Below, in pieces: positions 1-9,480 of a stretch of 64,000 nt of DNA. The DNA comes from Patescibacteria group bacterium (GTDB taxonomy: Bacteria > Patescibacteriota > UBA1384 > DATEAH01). The notes under the pieces are model-generated. The model was given only the letters and a program-made list of their open reading frames with translations, did not search any database and was not told the origin of the DNA. The DNA is taken from the NCBI GenBank assembly GCA_035288465.1, contig DATEAH010000009.1, positions 11,951 through 75,950 on the forward strand, read 5' to 3'. The stretch's first letter is position 1. Every line of letters starts with the position of its first letter. Both the position numbers and the translations under genes were made by a program.

Positions 1-1
1 A

Positions 2-1669
2 TCATTGGATTTGCCGCTTGAAATTAATATTGCGCAGCCGAAATCTACCCCAAAATATAGCTATCGGTTGATTTCTAATTTAAAAATTGGGTCATCCCCA
101 GATTGGTTAGTAAAAAGATTAGAGCAAATGGGAGGCCGGTCTGTTAATAATATTGTTGACGTCACCAATTATGTGATGTTAGCTGTAGGACAACCTTTGC
201 ACGCTTTTGATTATGATAAAATTGAGCCTAAAATAATCTCGATTCGGAATTCAGAAGATTCAGAAAAAATTACCACCTTGGATGGGACTGAGCATAAATT
301 AGCCCCAGAAACGCTCGTAATTGAGAATAACGGCCGTTTAATTGATCTTGCAGGGATTATGGGTGGGGAAAATTCACAGGTTTCTCATGAGACCGGCACA
401 ATTATTTTACAGGCAGCAATTTTTGATCCTGTCCAAGTCCGCCGCAGCTCAAAAAAATTAAATTTTTCCACTGACGCCTCATACCGATATGAAAGGGGAG
501 TGGATTTTGAATTTACGCAATATGTCTTAGATTTCGCCACCAACTTAATCTTGAAATTATCAAAAAATGCCAAAGCTGGCGAAATTGTCGATTTAGTTTT
601 GGAAAAAGAAAAACCAATTGAATTAGACTTATCTGTCGAGAAAATCAATCACCTTTTAGGGACAAATTTATCCAAAGAAGTAATGGAAAAAATTTTGAAA
701 AATTTGGGATTCAAAATCGGCAATAAAATTACAGTTCCGTCCTGGCGCCACGATATTTATTGCTGGCAAGATTTAGCCGAAGAAATTGCCAGAATTTCCG
801 GATATGTAAATATTAAAATGAGTTATTTAAAACCCAAACCTCAACGGACGAATTTGGAATTTAATATTGAACAAAAAACAGCTTCAATCATATCCTCGTT
901 GGGATTTGTCGAAACTTTAAGTTATTCATTTGTTTCAGAAAAAGATTTGCAGAATTTTGGACAAAATCCAGCTAATGTTTTGGAAGTCACCAATCCAATT
1001 TCAAAAGAATATCAGTATTTGCGGCCTAATCTAAAAATTTCCGTCATTAAACAAATTGCCAAAAATCCCTGGGCGCCCGAGGTCAAATTATTTGAAATTG
1101 GGAATGTTTTTAATAAAAAATCTTCAAAAACGGAATTATTAATCGCCTCCACTCAAAAAAAATTAAAAACCGAAGAAATTATCTCAAATCTTAAAACCGG
1201 GTTAGGGATTAAGAATATTGAATATCAGGAAGAGGCGATTGAAGCGCGACTTTTAGGTTTATATAAAATTCGCCGTCCGGTGCGGATTATTTCAATTAAT
1301 TTTAATCAAATCAATAAAGTCGCCAAGCCTATTAAGATTGAATACCAATTACCAGAAATGTCCCAAAAATATCAACCAATTTCTAAATTTCCACCCACCA
1401 TTCGCGATTTAGCCTTTATCATCGATGCTAATATTTTGGCAGATGAGGTTTTAAAAACTATTAAAGTAATTGATCCGAAAATATTTTTAGTCGAAATTTT
1501 TGACGAATTTGCCTCTGATAAATTTGGAAAAGGCAAAAAAAATCTTGCTTTTCATATCTGGCTACAAGATTTACATAAAAACTTGAATCCAAATGAAGTT
1601 GATAATATAGTTGAAAAAATTAGCAATCTCATACAGAAAAAATATCAGGCAAAAATTAGAAATTTCTAA
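2..1669 (+). CDS. pheT: phenylalanine--tRNA ligase beta subunit, C-terminal portion (5' end outside window)
   Basis: ORF open to window edge; PheT-like B3/4-B5-FDX-ACB region (…GRSVNNIVDVTNYVMLAVGQPLHAFDYDKI…); aspS starts 9 nt downstream. Confidence 0.8.
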   Translation, partial: SLDLPLEINIAQPKSTPKYSYRLISNLKIGSSPDWLVKRLEQMGGRSVNNIVDVTNYVMLAVGQPLHAFDYDKIEPKIISIRNSEDSEKITTLDGTEHKLAPETLVIENNGRLIDLAGIMGGENSQVSHETGTIILQAAIFDPVQVRRSSKKLNFSTDASYRYERGVDFEFTQYVLDFATNLILKLSKNAKAGEIVDLVLEKEKPIELDLSVEKINHLLGTNLSKEVMEKILKNLGFKIGNKITVPSWRHDIYCWQDLAEEIARISGYVNIKMSYLKPKPQRTNLEFNIEQKTASIISSLGFVETLSYSFVSEKDLQNFGQNPANVLEVTNPISKEYQYLRPNLKISVIKQIAKNPWAPEVKLFEIGNVFNKKSSKTELLIASTQKKLKTEEIISNLKTGLGIKNIEYQEEAIEARLLGLYKIRRPVRIISINFNQINKVAKPIKIEYQLPEMSQKYQPISKFPPTIRDLAFIIDANILADEVLKTIKVIDPKIFLVEIFDEFASDKFGKGKKNLAFHIWLQDLHKNLNPNEVDNIVEKISNLIQKKYQAKIRNF

Positions 1670-1677
1670 GGAGTAAA

Positions 1678-3096
1678 ATGACTCAACAATCAAAATCATC
1701 AACCAAATTAGAAACTCGAATTGAAATTATCAAATGCCCAGATTTAATTAACAAAGAAGTTCAATTATCAGGTTGGGTCCATTCCCGCCGCGATCACGGC
1801 CAGATAATTTTTATTGATTTGCGGGACCGATCTGGAATTGTGCAATTAGTTTTTTCTAAAGATTTAAGCCCTAAAGCTTATCTGCTTGCTCAAAAATTAA
1901 CTGCCGAAGACGTAATTTCAATTACCGGCCAAGTTTCTGCCAGACCTGAAAAAATGGTCAATTTAGAAATTCCCACCGGTAAAATTGAAATTTCAGTTAA
2001 AGAATTAGAAATTTTAAACAAAGCTGCCAATTTACCCTTTGATCCAACACAAGACACCCAAAAAATTAATGAAGAAACCAGGCTAAAGTATCGTTATTTA
2101 GATTTACGGAATGAACGCCTCAAAAATAATCTCGAAAAAAGGCATCAAGCAATTTTATTTATCAGAAATTGGTTAGCCAAACACGATTTTTGGGAAATCG
2201 AAACCGCAATTTTAACTAAATCCACTCCAGAAGGTGCCCGCGATTATTTAGTGCCTTCGCGCCAACAACCAGGCAAATTTTATGCCTTACCACAATCCCC
2301 TCAGCAATATAAACAATTATTGCAGGTGGCTGGTATTGAAAAATATTTTCAGATCGCACGTTGTTTTCGCGATGAAGACCCCAGAGCTGATCGCCAGCCC
2401 GAATTTACTCAGTTGGATTTGGAAATGAGTTTTGTTAAGGCTGAGGATGTGATGCAAATCACCGAAGAACTTTTTATAGAATTGGTTGAAAGAGTTTTCC
2501 CAAAAAAGAAAATCAGCCAAAAACCATTTCCGAAATTAACTTATGACGAAGCGATCAAAAAACACAAAACCGACAAACCAGATTTAAGAAAAGATCCCAA
2601 AAATCCCCACGAATTAGCTTTTGCCTGGATTACAAATTGGCCATATTTTGAAAAAACCGAAAATGGTTTTGAACCGCACCACCATATTTTTACTTCGCCA
2701 ACCCAAGAAACTGTCAAATATTTAGATTCAGATTTATCGAAAGTCAAATCTTCCCAATATGATTTAGTTTTAAATGGCTATGAAGTGGGTGGCGGTTCGA
2801 TTCGAATTACCAACCCCGAAATTCAAAAAAAGATTTTTAAGGTGGTAGGGATTTTGGAAAAAGATGCCGAAAATAAATTCGGGCACATGTTAAAAGCCTT
2901 TACTTTTGGCGCGCCCCCGCATGGCGGTATTGCCCCGGGCTTAGATCGAATTATTGCAATTTTACAAAATGAAGATAATATTCGCGAAGTCATCGCCTTT
3001 CCTAAAACCGGTGATGGCCGTGATCCTTTAATGTCTTCGCCCTCTGAAGTGGCAAACGAGCAATTAAAAGAACTCAAAATTCAAATTAAAAAATAA
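1678..3096 (+). CDS. aspS: aspartate--tRNA ligase, short (archaeal/eukaryal-like, no GAD insertion) form
   Basis: Class IIb motifs: QLSGWVHSRRDHGQIIFIDLRD (OB fold), FRDEDPRADRQPEFTQLDLEMSF, GAPPHGGIAPGLDRI; RBS AAGGAG before ATG. Confidence 0.85.
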   Translation: MTQQSKSSTKLETRIEIIKCPDLINKEVQLSGWVHSRRDHGQIIFIDLRDRSGIVQLVFSKDLSPKAYLLAQKLTAEDVISITGQVSARPEKMVNLEIPTGKIEISVKELEILNKAANLPFDPTQDTQKINEETRLKYRYLDLRNERLKNNLEKRHQAILFIRNWLAKHDFWEIETAILTKSTPEGARDYLVPSRQQPGKFYALPQSPQQYKQLLQVAGIEKYFQIARCFRDEDPRADRQPEFTQLDLEMSFVKAEDVMQITEELFIELVERVFPKKKISQKPFPKLTYDEAIKKHKTDKPDLRKDPKNPHELAFAWITNWPYFEKTENGFEPHHHIFTSPTQETVKYLDSDLSKVKSSQYDLVLNGYEVGGGSIRITNPEIQKKIFKVVGILEKDAENKFGHMLKAFTFGAPPHGGIAPGLDRIIAILQNEDNIREVIAFPKTGDGRDPLMSSPSEVANEQLKELKIQIKK

Positions 3097-3191
3097 AAAA
3101 AGCTTGGCAGGGGTTTTAGGAATTAATATTAAAATGGAGATAACCCAATTACCAAGCTTAGATTTTGGATAAAGTAGATTTAGTGTTTGTG

Positions 3192-3419
3192 CTACACCCT
3201 GATAAAAGTAGGTGGTGATTCAATTAAATGAAAACGGCTCACAAATGATTGAACGCCACAAATATCAGTATAAGATTTAGGGAATGGGCTATTTTCTGAA
3301 ATCGGACAGGTATAACGGTATGCTACTAAATTATTAATTACTCTGGTTACGACCACTTCCGTATTATCAGAATTTCGACGAAATTTTTCATTGAGACGAG
3401 GTACTCTTGGGCTGTCCAT
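3192..3419 (-). CDS. hypothetical small protein
   Basis: 75-aa ORF immediately downstream of the previous one on the same strand; no motif recognised. Confidence 0.25.
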   Translation of the reverse strand: MDSPRVPRLNEKFRRNSDNTEVVVTRVINNLVAYRYTCPISENSPFPKSYTDICGVQSFVSRFHLIESPPTFIRV

Positions 3420-3425
3420 GATGGT

Positions 3426-3761
3426 TTATGCCTCCTCAGTATCTCGAAATAAATCTTCCTGACATTCACCAATATACGTAGTCGAAGCTGCGGCAGCTCT
3501 TAGTGAGCGGGCATGGATTAATCTCATTGGATTATTCGAATAAGCCTTTCGAGCTTTTTCTTCAATTTCGCGAATTTCTTCAGGTGTTCGCCTGATAACT
3601 CGTAAAGTTTTTCGTGATTTAACGTTCTGCGAAGCCTCAAGTTCTTTACTTCGCAATATTACTAATTGTTCCTCGGTTAAATCACGATGATGAGAGGGAT
3701 ATTTTAACAAATGAGAAAATCTTGGCGTCTTTTTACGGTGTGTTTTTTTTGCCACGCTCAT
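3426..3761 (-). CDS. hypothetical basic protein (start uncertain; track ORF begins at a TTG)
   Basis: ORF in a 42-45% GC segment; no motif recognised. Confidence 0.3.
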   Translation of the reverse strand: MSVAKKTHRKKTPRFSHLLKYPSHHRDLTEEQLVILRSKELEASQNVKSRKTLRVIRRTPEEIREIEEKARKAYSNNPMRLIHARSLRAAAASTTYIGECQEDLFRDTEEA

Positions 3762-3891
3762 CAGCTCCCTGAGAGGAGTCAAAACCCATCGTTTAAATTA
3801 TATCTAAAAAACAGGTAAAAGTCAAAAATTTGCATTATTTGAAATTTAATTTTATGATAGGTATAGATTAGAAAAAAAAGAGGGGAATTCA

Positions 3892-5301
3892 ATGATTAAA
3901 AAAATCAGCCTGTTTTTTATCGCTTTAATTACTTTATTTTTGCCTCAAACGGCTTTGGCAGATGGTGGAGTTTTTCCGCCCCCAGACAAATATGTCACCG
4001 AAACTGATCAAAAAGCCATTATCGCCTTCGAAAACAATTTAGAAACCCTAATTTTGTCCGTCAACTTTAAGGGTGATCCTGAGGATTTTGGCTGGGTAAT
4101 TCCTATTCCTTCAAAGCCCGAAATTACCAAATCCCAAGATAATTTATTTCAAGCCTTATCAGATTTAACACAACCTATCACCACCCAAACCCCGACAATG
4201 TCCAATGGTTTTAATTTATTAGATAAAGCGACTACGGCCGAGACCCATGTTAGTATTGTCGAAACGCAAGAAATTGAAAATTATGATATTACTACTATTA
4301 CTGCCAATGATTCCAAAGCCTTGGCCAAATGGCTCGCCGATAATAAATACCAGGTTCCCGAAACAGCTTCCGGAATATTTGAAGATTATGTGCAAAAATC
4401 ATGGTATTTTATTTGTATCAAATTGGATTTATCCAAAACCACCGCCGCGGCCAAGGACCAATTAAAAAGTGGCCACGCCACCCCCTTAAAAATTCAGTTT
4501 GAATCAAAACAAATTATTTTTCCTTTAAAACTAACCTCGATTTTATCCGAATATGAAGAATTATCTCCGGATGCCAAAAATGAGGTTAAGGGTTTAACGC
4601 GTTTGCCCCAAATTTCCATCATGCTATATGTTTTAGCAGATGGCAAAAAAACGGCTCCGGGCTTTACCACCCAATTTGCTAAATGGTTGCGAAGAAATGA
4701 AATTCAAGATTTATCCCAAGATACCGAAGGCTCGAGTTGGTATCAGCCAAAAGCTCCAAAACTATATTTGACAAAATTATACCGTTCCATGAGTACGGCG
4801 CAAATGACTGACGATTTAGTAATTTCATCAGTCAGCAATAATGAAACTGTCGGGACATCGGCAAACAATTTGTGGCTGGACATTATTACTGCCGTGGTGG
4901 TTTTTGCCTTGTCGTTAGTGATTATTATTTTATCGCCGCTAGGTTTGTTGTATTTTATTTTTGCCTTGGTTCAGTTTTTCTCAAAATCCAAAACCGCTCA
5001 TATTGTCGCCTGGATATTTCAATCTTTATTAATTTTATTAACATTGTTGGTGGGTTTGGTTGTATCTTTAGTGGTATCGGATAATTTTAAAAATAATGTT
5101 GCCATTGACTCAATTGGGTATAATTATCGCTTTGATTGGTCTGGAGTTGGCGTTTTAACAGCTATTGTGATGGTGATAGCCTGCCAAACTGTAGTTTTAT
5201 TTTATCAGCGTCGACATCACCAAACCTTGATCCAGACCAAAAACGATAATCCCGAGAACAAAGCTGACGAAATGTTTGAAGGCGAAAAGCAGGAAAAATA
5301 A
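3892..5301 (+). CDS. secreted/membrane-anchored protein of unknown function (signal peptide, C-terminal TM cluster)
   Basis: N-terminal MIKKISLFFIALITLFLPQTALA signal; hydrophobic C-terminal third; AGAGGGGA RBS. Confidence 0.5.
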   Translation: MIKKISLFFIALITLFLPQTALADGGVFPPPDKYVTETDQKAIIAFENNLETLILSVNFKGDPEDFGWVIPIPSKPEITKSQDNLFQALSDLTQPITTQTPTMSNGFNLLDKATTAETHVSIVETQEIENYDITTITANDSKALAKWLADNKYQVPETASGIFEDYVQKSWYFICIKLDLSKTTAAAKDQLKSGHATPLKIQFESKQIIFPLKLTSILSEYEELSPDAKNEVKGLTRLPQISIMLYVLADGKKTAPGFTTQFAKWLRRNEIQDLSQDTEGSSWYQPKAPKLYLTKLYRSMSTAQMTDDLVISSVSNNETVGTSANNLWLDIITAVVVFALSLVIIILSPLGLLYFIFALVQFFSKSKTAHIVAWIFQSLLILLTLLVGLVVSLVVSDNFKNNVAIDSIGYNYRFDWSGVGVLTAIVMVIACQTVVLFYQRRHHQTLIQTKNDNPENKADEMFEGEKQEK

Positions 5302-5304
5302 AAA

Positions 5305-6252
5305 ATGGTTTCAAATTTTATTTTAGCAGTTACAATTTTAGCTGAAATTTTTGGTATTGTTCATCCCACCCAAAAGCTCTCGACCGAAATCGGTGAAAAT
5401 TCTGTTTTTGTCAAATCGACTCCGGGACAGGTTTTAGGAGAAAGCTCTAAAGATTCACAACTTCCCCAAATAGCGCTTTCGCAGATTAATCCCTTGCCTC
5501 AGCCAATCCAAAAAAATCAATTTTCAACCAGGGCACGCTCAGCCTTAGTTTTAGATATGAATTCAAATAAAATTTTGTATCAAAAAAATGCCAATTTATC
5601 ACAACCCATAGCTTCAATTACGAAATTAATGACCGCGGTGGTGATTTTAGATAATTTTAATGTTAATGAAACCGTGGATATTTCTGCCCATTCAGCTTTT
5701 CAGGTCGGTTCAAAAGCCCATTTATTACCCGGTGAACAAGTTTCCGCTTTAGAATTAATTAAAGCCATACTCATTGTCTCCGGCAATGACGCCGCCGCCG
5801 CCTTAGAAGAGCATTATGGTCAAGAAAAATTAGTCGCCACCATGAACGAAAAAGCCCAGTTTTTGGGCATGACAAATTCAAAATTTGCCGATGCGACCGG
5901 TTTAGATTCGGGTAATATTTCAAATGCGAATGATTTGGTTTTGCTGACTAGGTATGCGATGAAAAATAAAATCATTGTTGATGCTGTTATCACTAGGGAA
6001 TATATTGTTGTGGCAAAAAATGGCCAAACTCAACATCTTATTCATACTACCAATCGTTTATTAAACCAATATCCAGATATTATTGGTGTAAAAACTGGTT
6101 TTACAAATGAAGCTGGCAATTGTTTAATTGCCGTTGCAAAACAAAACAAACATCAAATTGTCTCAATAGTGCTCGGCGTTGATAATTACGACTTGCGGTT
6201 TTCAGAATCGCGAGATCTTTTGGACTCAGCCTTTTCCGGTTTCAAATGGTAA
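5305..6252 (+). CDS. D-alanyl-D-alanine carboxypeptidase (S11 serine peptidase, PBP5-like)
   Basis: SxxK (SITK), SGN (VSGND) and KTG (KTGFT) motifs in canonical order. Confidence 0.8.
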   Translation: MVSNFILAVTILAEIFGIVHPTQKLSTEIGENSVFVKSTPGQVLGESSKDSQLPQIALSQINPLPQPIQKNQFSTRARSALVLDMNSNKILYQKNANLSQPIASITKLMTAVVILDNFNVNETVDISAHSAFQVGSKAHLLPGEQVSALELIKAILIVSGNDAAAALEEHYGQEKLVATMNEKAQFLGMTNSKFADATGLDSGNISNANDLVLLTRYAMKNKIIVDAVITREYIVVAKNGQTQHLIHTTNRLLNQYPDIIGVKTGFTNEAGNCLIAVAKQNKHQIVSIVLGVDNYDLRFSESRDLLDSAFSGFKW

Positions 6253-6259
6253 TTATAAA

Positions 6260-6766
6260 TTAAAAAACCTTGCTTACAAACCAGCCGATCATGATGGCGG
6301 CTAAGGCAAATTTTAATATTGAGCCGAAAATAATTCCAAAAATTGCACCTACACCAGCCTTAACAGCTCCTTCAATTTTTTTATGGGAAAATATCATTTC
6401 AAAAAGAATTGTGCCTATAAATGCTCCGCCTATGATACCGACCAAGCCACCAATAAAAATCCCCACAATTGCTCCCACGATTGCGCCAAGAATGCCCATA
6501 AAATCTGCTTTGCCGCTTTTGGCACCTAAAATAGCTCCCAACCAATCAAATAATAAACCAAATAGGGTCAAAGCCAGAAAAATTATAATAAAAATTAAGT
6601 TTGTTTTTTCAAAACCAGTCCAAATCGAATATATGAGTGCGCCCAAAAAAACAAAAATTAAATCAGGCAATCCTGGCACCAAAATTCCCGCCAGTCCGAC
6701 CAGCATTACAATTAAAGCAACAATAAATGGCGCTAAATCGGTCATTTTTTTGATTCCTTTGGCCAT
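6260..6766 (-). CDS. small integral membrane protein (DUF456-like, Gly-zipper rich)
   Basis: Four hydrophobic helices with GxxxG repeats; overlaps rnc 3' end by 25 nt. Confidence 0.45.
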   Translation of the reverse strand: MAKGIKKMTDLAPFIVALIVMLVGLAGILVPGLPDLIFVFLGALIYSIWTGFEKTNLIFIIIFLALTLFGLLFDWLGAILGAKSGKADFMGILGAIVGAIVGIFIGGLVGIIGGAFIGTILFEMIFSHKKIEGAVKAGVGAIFGIIFGSILKFALAAIMIGWFVSKVF

Positions 6767-7440
6767 TTATCAATGGCATTTTGGGCAGCTTTTACTTGGG
6801 CTAATTGTTTAGATGATCCTTGTCCAAGACCTGCCTCTTTGTTGCCTAAAAATACGGTCATCGTGAAAATTTTCGCATGGTCGGGACCGGTTTCCTTCAA
6901 AACCTCATAGGTTGGCGTCACGCCCAATTCATCTTGGGCTTTTTCTTGTAACTGAGTCTTAGGGTCAATATAAATCTTTTTTTCAATAATTTCCGGCAAA
7001 TCGCTTAAAAGGTGTTTTTCGAGAAATTTTTTTACCTTTTCGTAGCCTTTTTCTAAATATAAAGCGCCGATTAACGCCTCAAAAGCATTCGCTAGCAATA
7101 AATCTTTTTCACGGCCACCCATTTTTTCTTCCCCGCGGGATAAATACAAAAATTTTCCCATCTCAAATTTTATGGCAACTTTAGACAGGCTTGGTCCGCA
7201 AACCAAAGCCGAACGCCAGCCAGTTAATTCGCCTTCGGGATTTTGATAATTTTTAAACATATTTTCCGTCACCACTAATTCCAAAACCGCATCACCTAAA
7301 AATTCGAGCCTTTCATTTGACTCTAAAGTTAATTTCGGATTTTCATTCAAGAAAGATCGGTGAATAAAAACATTTTTGAGCAAATTTTTATTATCAAATT
7401 TAATCTCAATTTTACTTTCAAATTCTTTTAAATCTCGCAT
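6742..7440 (-). CDS. rnc: ribonuclease III
   Basis: RNase III signature ERLEFLGDAVLELVV plus C-terminal dsRBD-like segment. Confidence 0.9.
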   Translation of the reverse strand: MRDLKEFESKIEIKFDNKNLLKNVFIHRSFLNENPKLTLESNERLEFLGDAVLELVVTENMFKNYQNPEGELTGWRSALVCGPSLSKVAIKFEMGKFLYLSRGEEKMGGREKDLLLANAFEALIGALYLEKGYEKVKKFLEKHLLSDLPEIIEKKIYIDPKTQLQEKAQDELGVTPTYEVLKETGPDHAKIFTMTVFLGNKEAGLGQGSSKQLAQVKAAQNAIDKWPKESKK

Positions 7441-7461
7441 TATGCTCCTTTAGGGTAAATC

Positions 7462-7598
7462 ATAATTTCTAAATTCTAAATCCTAAACAATATTAAAATT
7501 CAAAAGTCCAAATATCCCAAACATGTTTGAAATATTGTATTTTAGAAATTTGAATTTGTTTAGTATTTGGTGCTTAGGATTTCGGATTTCTTCAAAAG
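7462..7598. repeat. AT-rich palindromic dispersed repeat, copy 1 (arms ~CTAAATCCTAAACAA … TTGTTTAG..TAGGATTTCGGATTT); right arm supplies the last codons of the NUDIX gene
   Basis: Imperfect inverted arms around ~70 bp; same arm sequences recur at 20.65k, 42.55k, 52.35k and inside leuS. Confidence 0.5.
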
Positions 7599-8051
7599 CA
7601 AAATTGCTTTTGAAACGATTGGCTTTAAATCTTTATATTTAATTAATTTTTCAGCCTCAATTATTGGTAACCATTTCGCATCTCTAATTTCATGTTTTTG
7701 AATTTTTAAAGCATCTTGCGGATCAGCTTTAACTAAAAAATATTCCACAATTTTAAAAATTGGTTGACCCTTAAGTCGAAAAAAATATTTTGCTTTTCCA
7801 ATTTTTTCAATAATTTCTAATTTCACCAAACCGGTTTCTTCGGAAATTTCCCGTAAAGCCGCATGGGTCATTTTTTCTTTGATTTCCGGATGACCCTTTG
7901 GCAAGGCCCATTTTCCATAAGAATCCTTAATCACTAATATTTCAAATTTATTTTTTAAATCGTGGCTTTCAATTTTCCTATAAACCACCCCACCCGCGGA
8001 AATTTCAAATTTAGTCTTGGGTTTATTCAATTTTTTATTTTCACTCTGCAT
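7560..8051 (-). CDS. NUDIX hydrolase
   Basis: Nudix box GHPEIKEKMTHAALREISEETGL; start taken at MQSEN (track ORF starts further upstream at 8108). Confidence 0.8.
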   Translation of the reverse strand: MQSENKKLNKPKTKFEISAGGVVYRKIESHDLKNKFEILVIKDSYGKWALPKGHPEIKEKMTHAALREISEETGLVKLEIIEKIGKAKYFFRLKGQPIFKIVEYFLVKADPQDALKIQKHEIRDAKWLPIIEAEKLIKYKDLKPIVSKAILLLKKSEILSTKY

Positions 8052-8514
8052 TTTTACTTTTTGCTCTTTTATTTTCAAATTTATTATCATCTTCTTTGAC
8101 ATAAACATCTGAATGGCGATAAATTGTCCCTAAAACACCGTTCACAAATTTAGAACTATTTTCCCCTCCAAAATTTTTAGCAATTTCAACCGCTTCATCT
8201 ATGGCAACTTTTGGCGGCACGCGCTTATCTTTATCTTCGTACAAAAGCTCAAAAACTGCAATTCTCAGTACGTTTTTATCAACTCGAGCAATTTGTTCTA
8301 ACGGCCATTCTGGGGCGGAATCGGCAATTAATTTATCAATCTCCTTGGTATGTTTGATGACACCCGAAATCGTATTTTTTACAAAATCTTCATCCGTATT
8401 TGGTTTTTCGGTAAAATTTCGATTTAAAATTTCCGTCAATTTTGCCGATGGCCTAAGATCAAATTCGTATAAAGACTGCATTGCGCAAATACGAGATTGA
8501 TGACGATTTGCCAT
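8041..8514 (-). CDS. nusB: transcription antitermination factor NusB
   Basis: MANRHQSRICAMQSLYEFDL… NusB N-terminus and overall helical profile. Confidence 0.85.
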   Translation of the reverse strand: MANRHQSRICAMQSLYEFDLRPSAKLTEILNRNFTEKPNTDEDFVKNTISGVIKHTKEIDKLIADSAPEWPLEQIARVDKNVLRIAVFELLYEDKDKRVPPKVAIDEAVEIAKNFGGENSSKFVNGVLGTIYRHSDVYVKEDDNKFENKRAKSKNAE

Positions 8515-8586
8515 AATCGCTCCTTTTAGTCGCTAAAATTTAAGATTAAAAAGAAAAGATTATAAATTAAAATTAAAAATAACAGA

Positions 8587-8964
8587 TTATTTATTTTTTA
8601 AAGTTAAAATACTTTTACCTAAAATATTACTAAGCTGATTCGTCTCGTCAAGGAGTTTGTTCGTTTTATATATTTCTGATTTTTTTGAATCGCGAAGTAA
8701 GCATAACCAAAATTTAGTTTCATTTGCAGATTTTAAGGCATGGCTTAGGAAATTTTTAAAATCATTTCGAGAACTTGACGCTTGAGCCTCCACGATATTT
8801 GCACTAATTGACGTTGCAGAACGTAATAGTTGTTTGTTTATAATCTGTGTTGTTGTATTTTCAGGCGTACTTTCAATAAATTTAATAATATTCAACGCAA
8901 AGACATAAGCTCTTTCTTTGGCAACATTGTTATTCTGTCCAAATCTTTGATTTTTGCTTTGCAT
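8587..8964 (-). CDS. four-helix-bundle protein (23S rRNA intervening-sequence protein family)
   Basis: LRSATSISANIVEAQ…SRNDFKNFLSHALKSANETKFWL matches the TIGR02436-type pattern. Confidence 0.7.
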   Translation of the reverse strand: MQSKNQRFGQNNNVAKERAYVFALNIIKFIESTPENTTTQIINKQLLRSATSISANIVEAQASSSRNDFKNFLSHALKSANETKFWLCLLRDSKKSEIYKTNKLLDETNQLSNILGKSILTLKNK

Positions 8965-8974
8965 TTTTACTCTT

Positions 8975-9184
8975 TTATTTTTTATTTTTTATTTTTTTAG
9001 TCACTTTTGTGGCGGTTTCTAAAACTTCGCGTCCTTTATATGTTCCACAAACTTGGCAGACATGATGAGGTAGATGTTTGGTACGGCATTTTGGGCAAAT
9101 TGATAATTGAATTTTGGTTATTTTTTGTGATCCCTTGCGTTTTCGGTTTCGAGATCGAGATAGCTTTTGCTTTGGCTCTGGCAT
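8975..9184 (-). CDS. rpmF: 50S ribosomal protein L32
   Basis: KRKGSQ…CPKCRTKHLPHHVCQVCGTYKG zinc ribbon; GGAAGGAG RBS. Confidence 0.85.
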   Translation of the reverse strand: MPEPKQKLSRSRNRKRKGSQKITKIQLSICPKCRTKHLPHHVCQVCGTYKGREVLETATKVTKKIKNKK

Positions 9185-9396
9185 ATTCGCTCCTTCCCTT
9201 CCTAATTTATTTGGGTCAGTCGCTTAAAATAAAAGATTAAAGAGAAAAAATAAAAAATCCTGTTATAAATTTTTAATCTTTGCTCTGCATTTTTAATCTT
9301 TGATTTTTAATTTTTACTTTTATATTTTCTTATCTAAATTATATCCGAAAAATCGCCAAATTGCAATCCCATATACCTATTATATATATTAATAAA

Positions 9397-9436
9397 GCCC
9401 TGCCTCAGCAGATGTGATCTGCGTCTGAGGCAGGGC
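9397..9436 (-). terminator. intrinsic terminator-like hairpin downstream of the DHH gene (12-bp GC stem, then AT/T-rich tract on minus strand)
   Basis: GCCCTGCCTCAG…CTGAGGCAGGGC perfect 12-bp stem. Confidence 0.6.
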
Positions 9437-9480
9437 TCGTATGATATCAGCAACTCCGAAAGTCGCTGTTAGGGGTTCGT

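Noticed and set aside
4247-5084. Internal 70-72-aa ORFs within the 3892..5301 gene
   Set aside because: Alternate-frame ORFs nested in a longer, better-supported gene with signal peptide and RBS.
6270-6812. 180-aa plus-strand ORF antisense to the DUF456 membrane gene
   Set aside because: Pro/Ile/Lys-rich low-complexity mirror image of a Gly/Ala/Ile-rich membrane gene; no RBS. The minus-strand gene overlaps rnc in the usual operon fashion.
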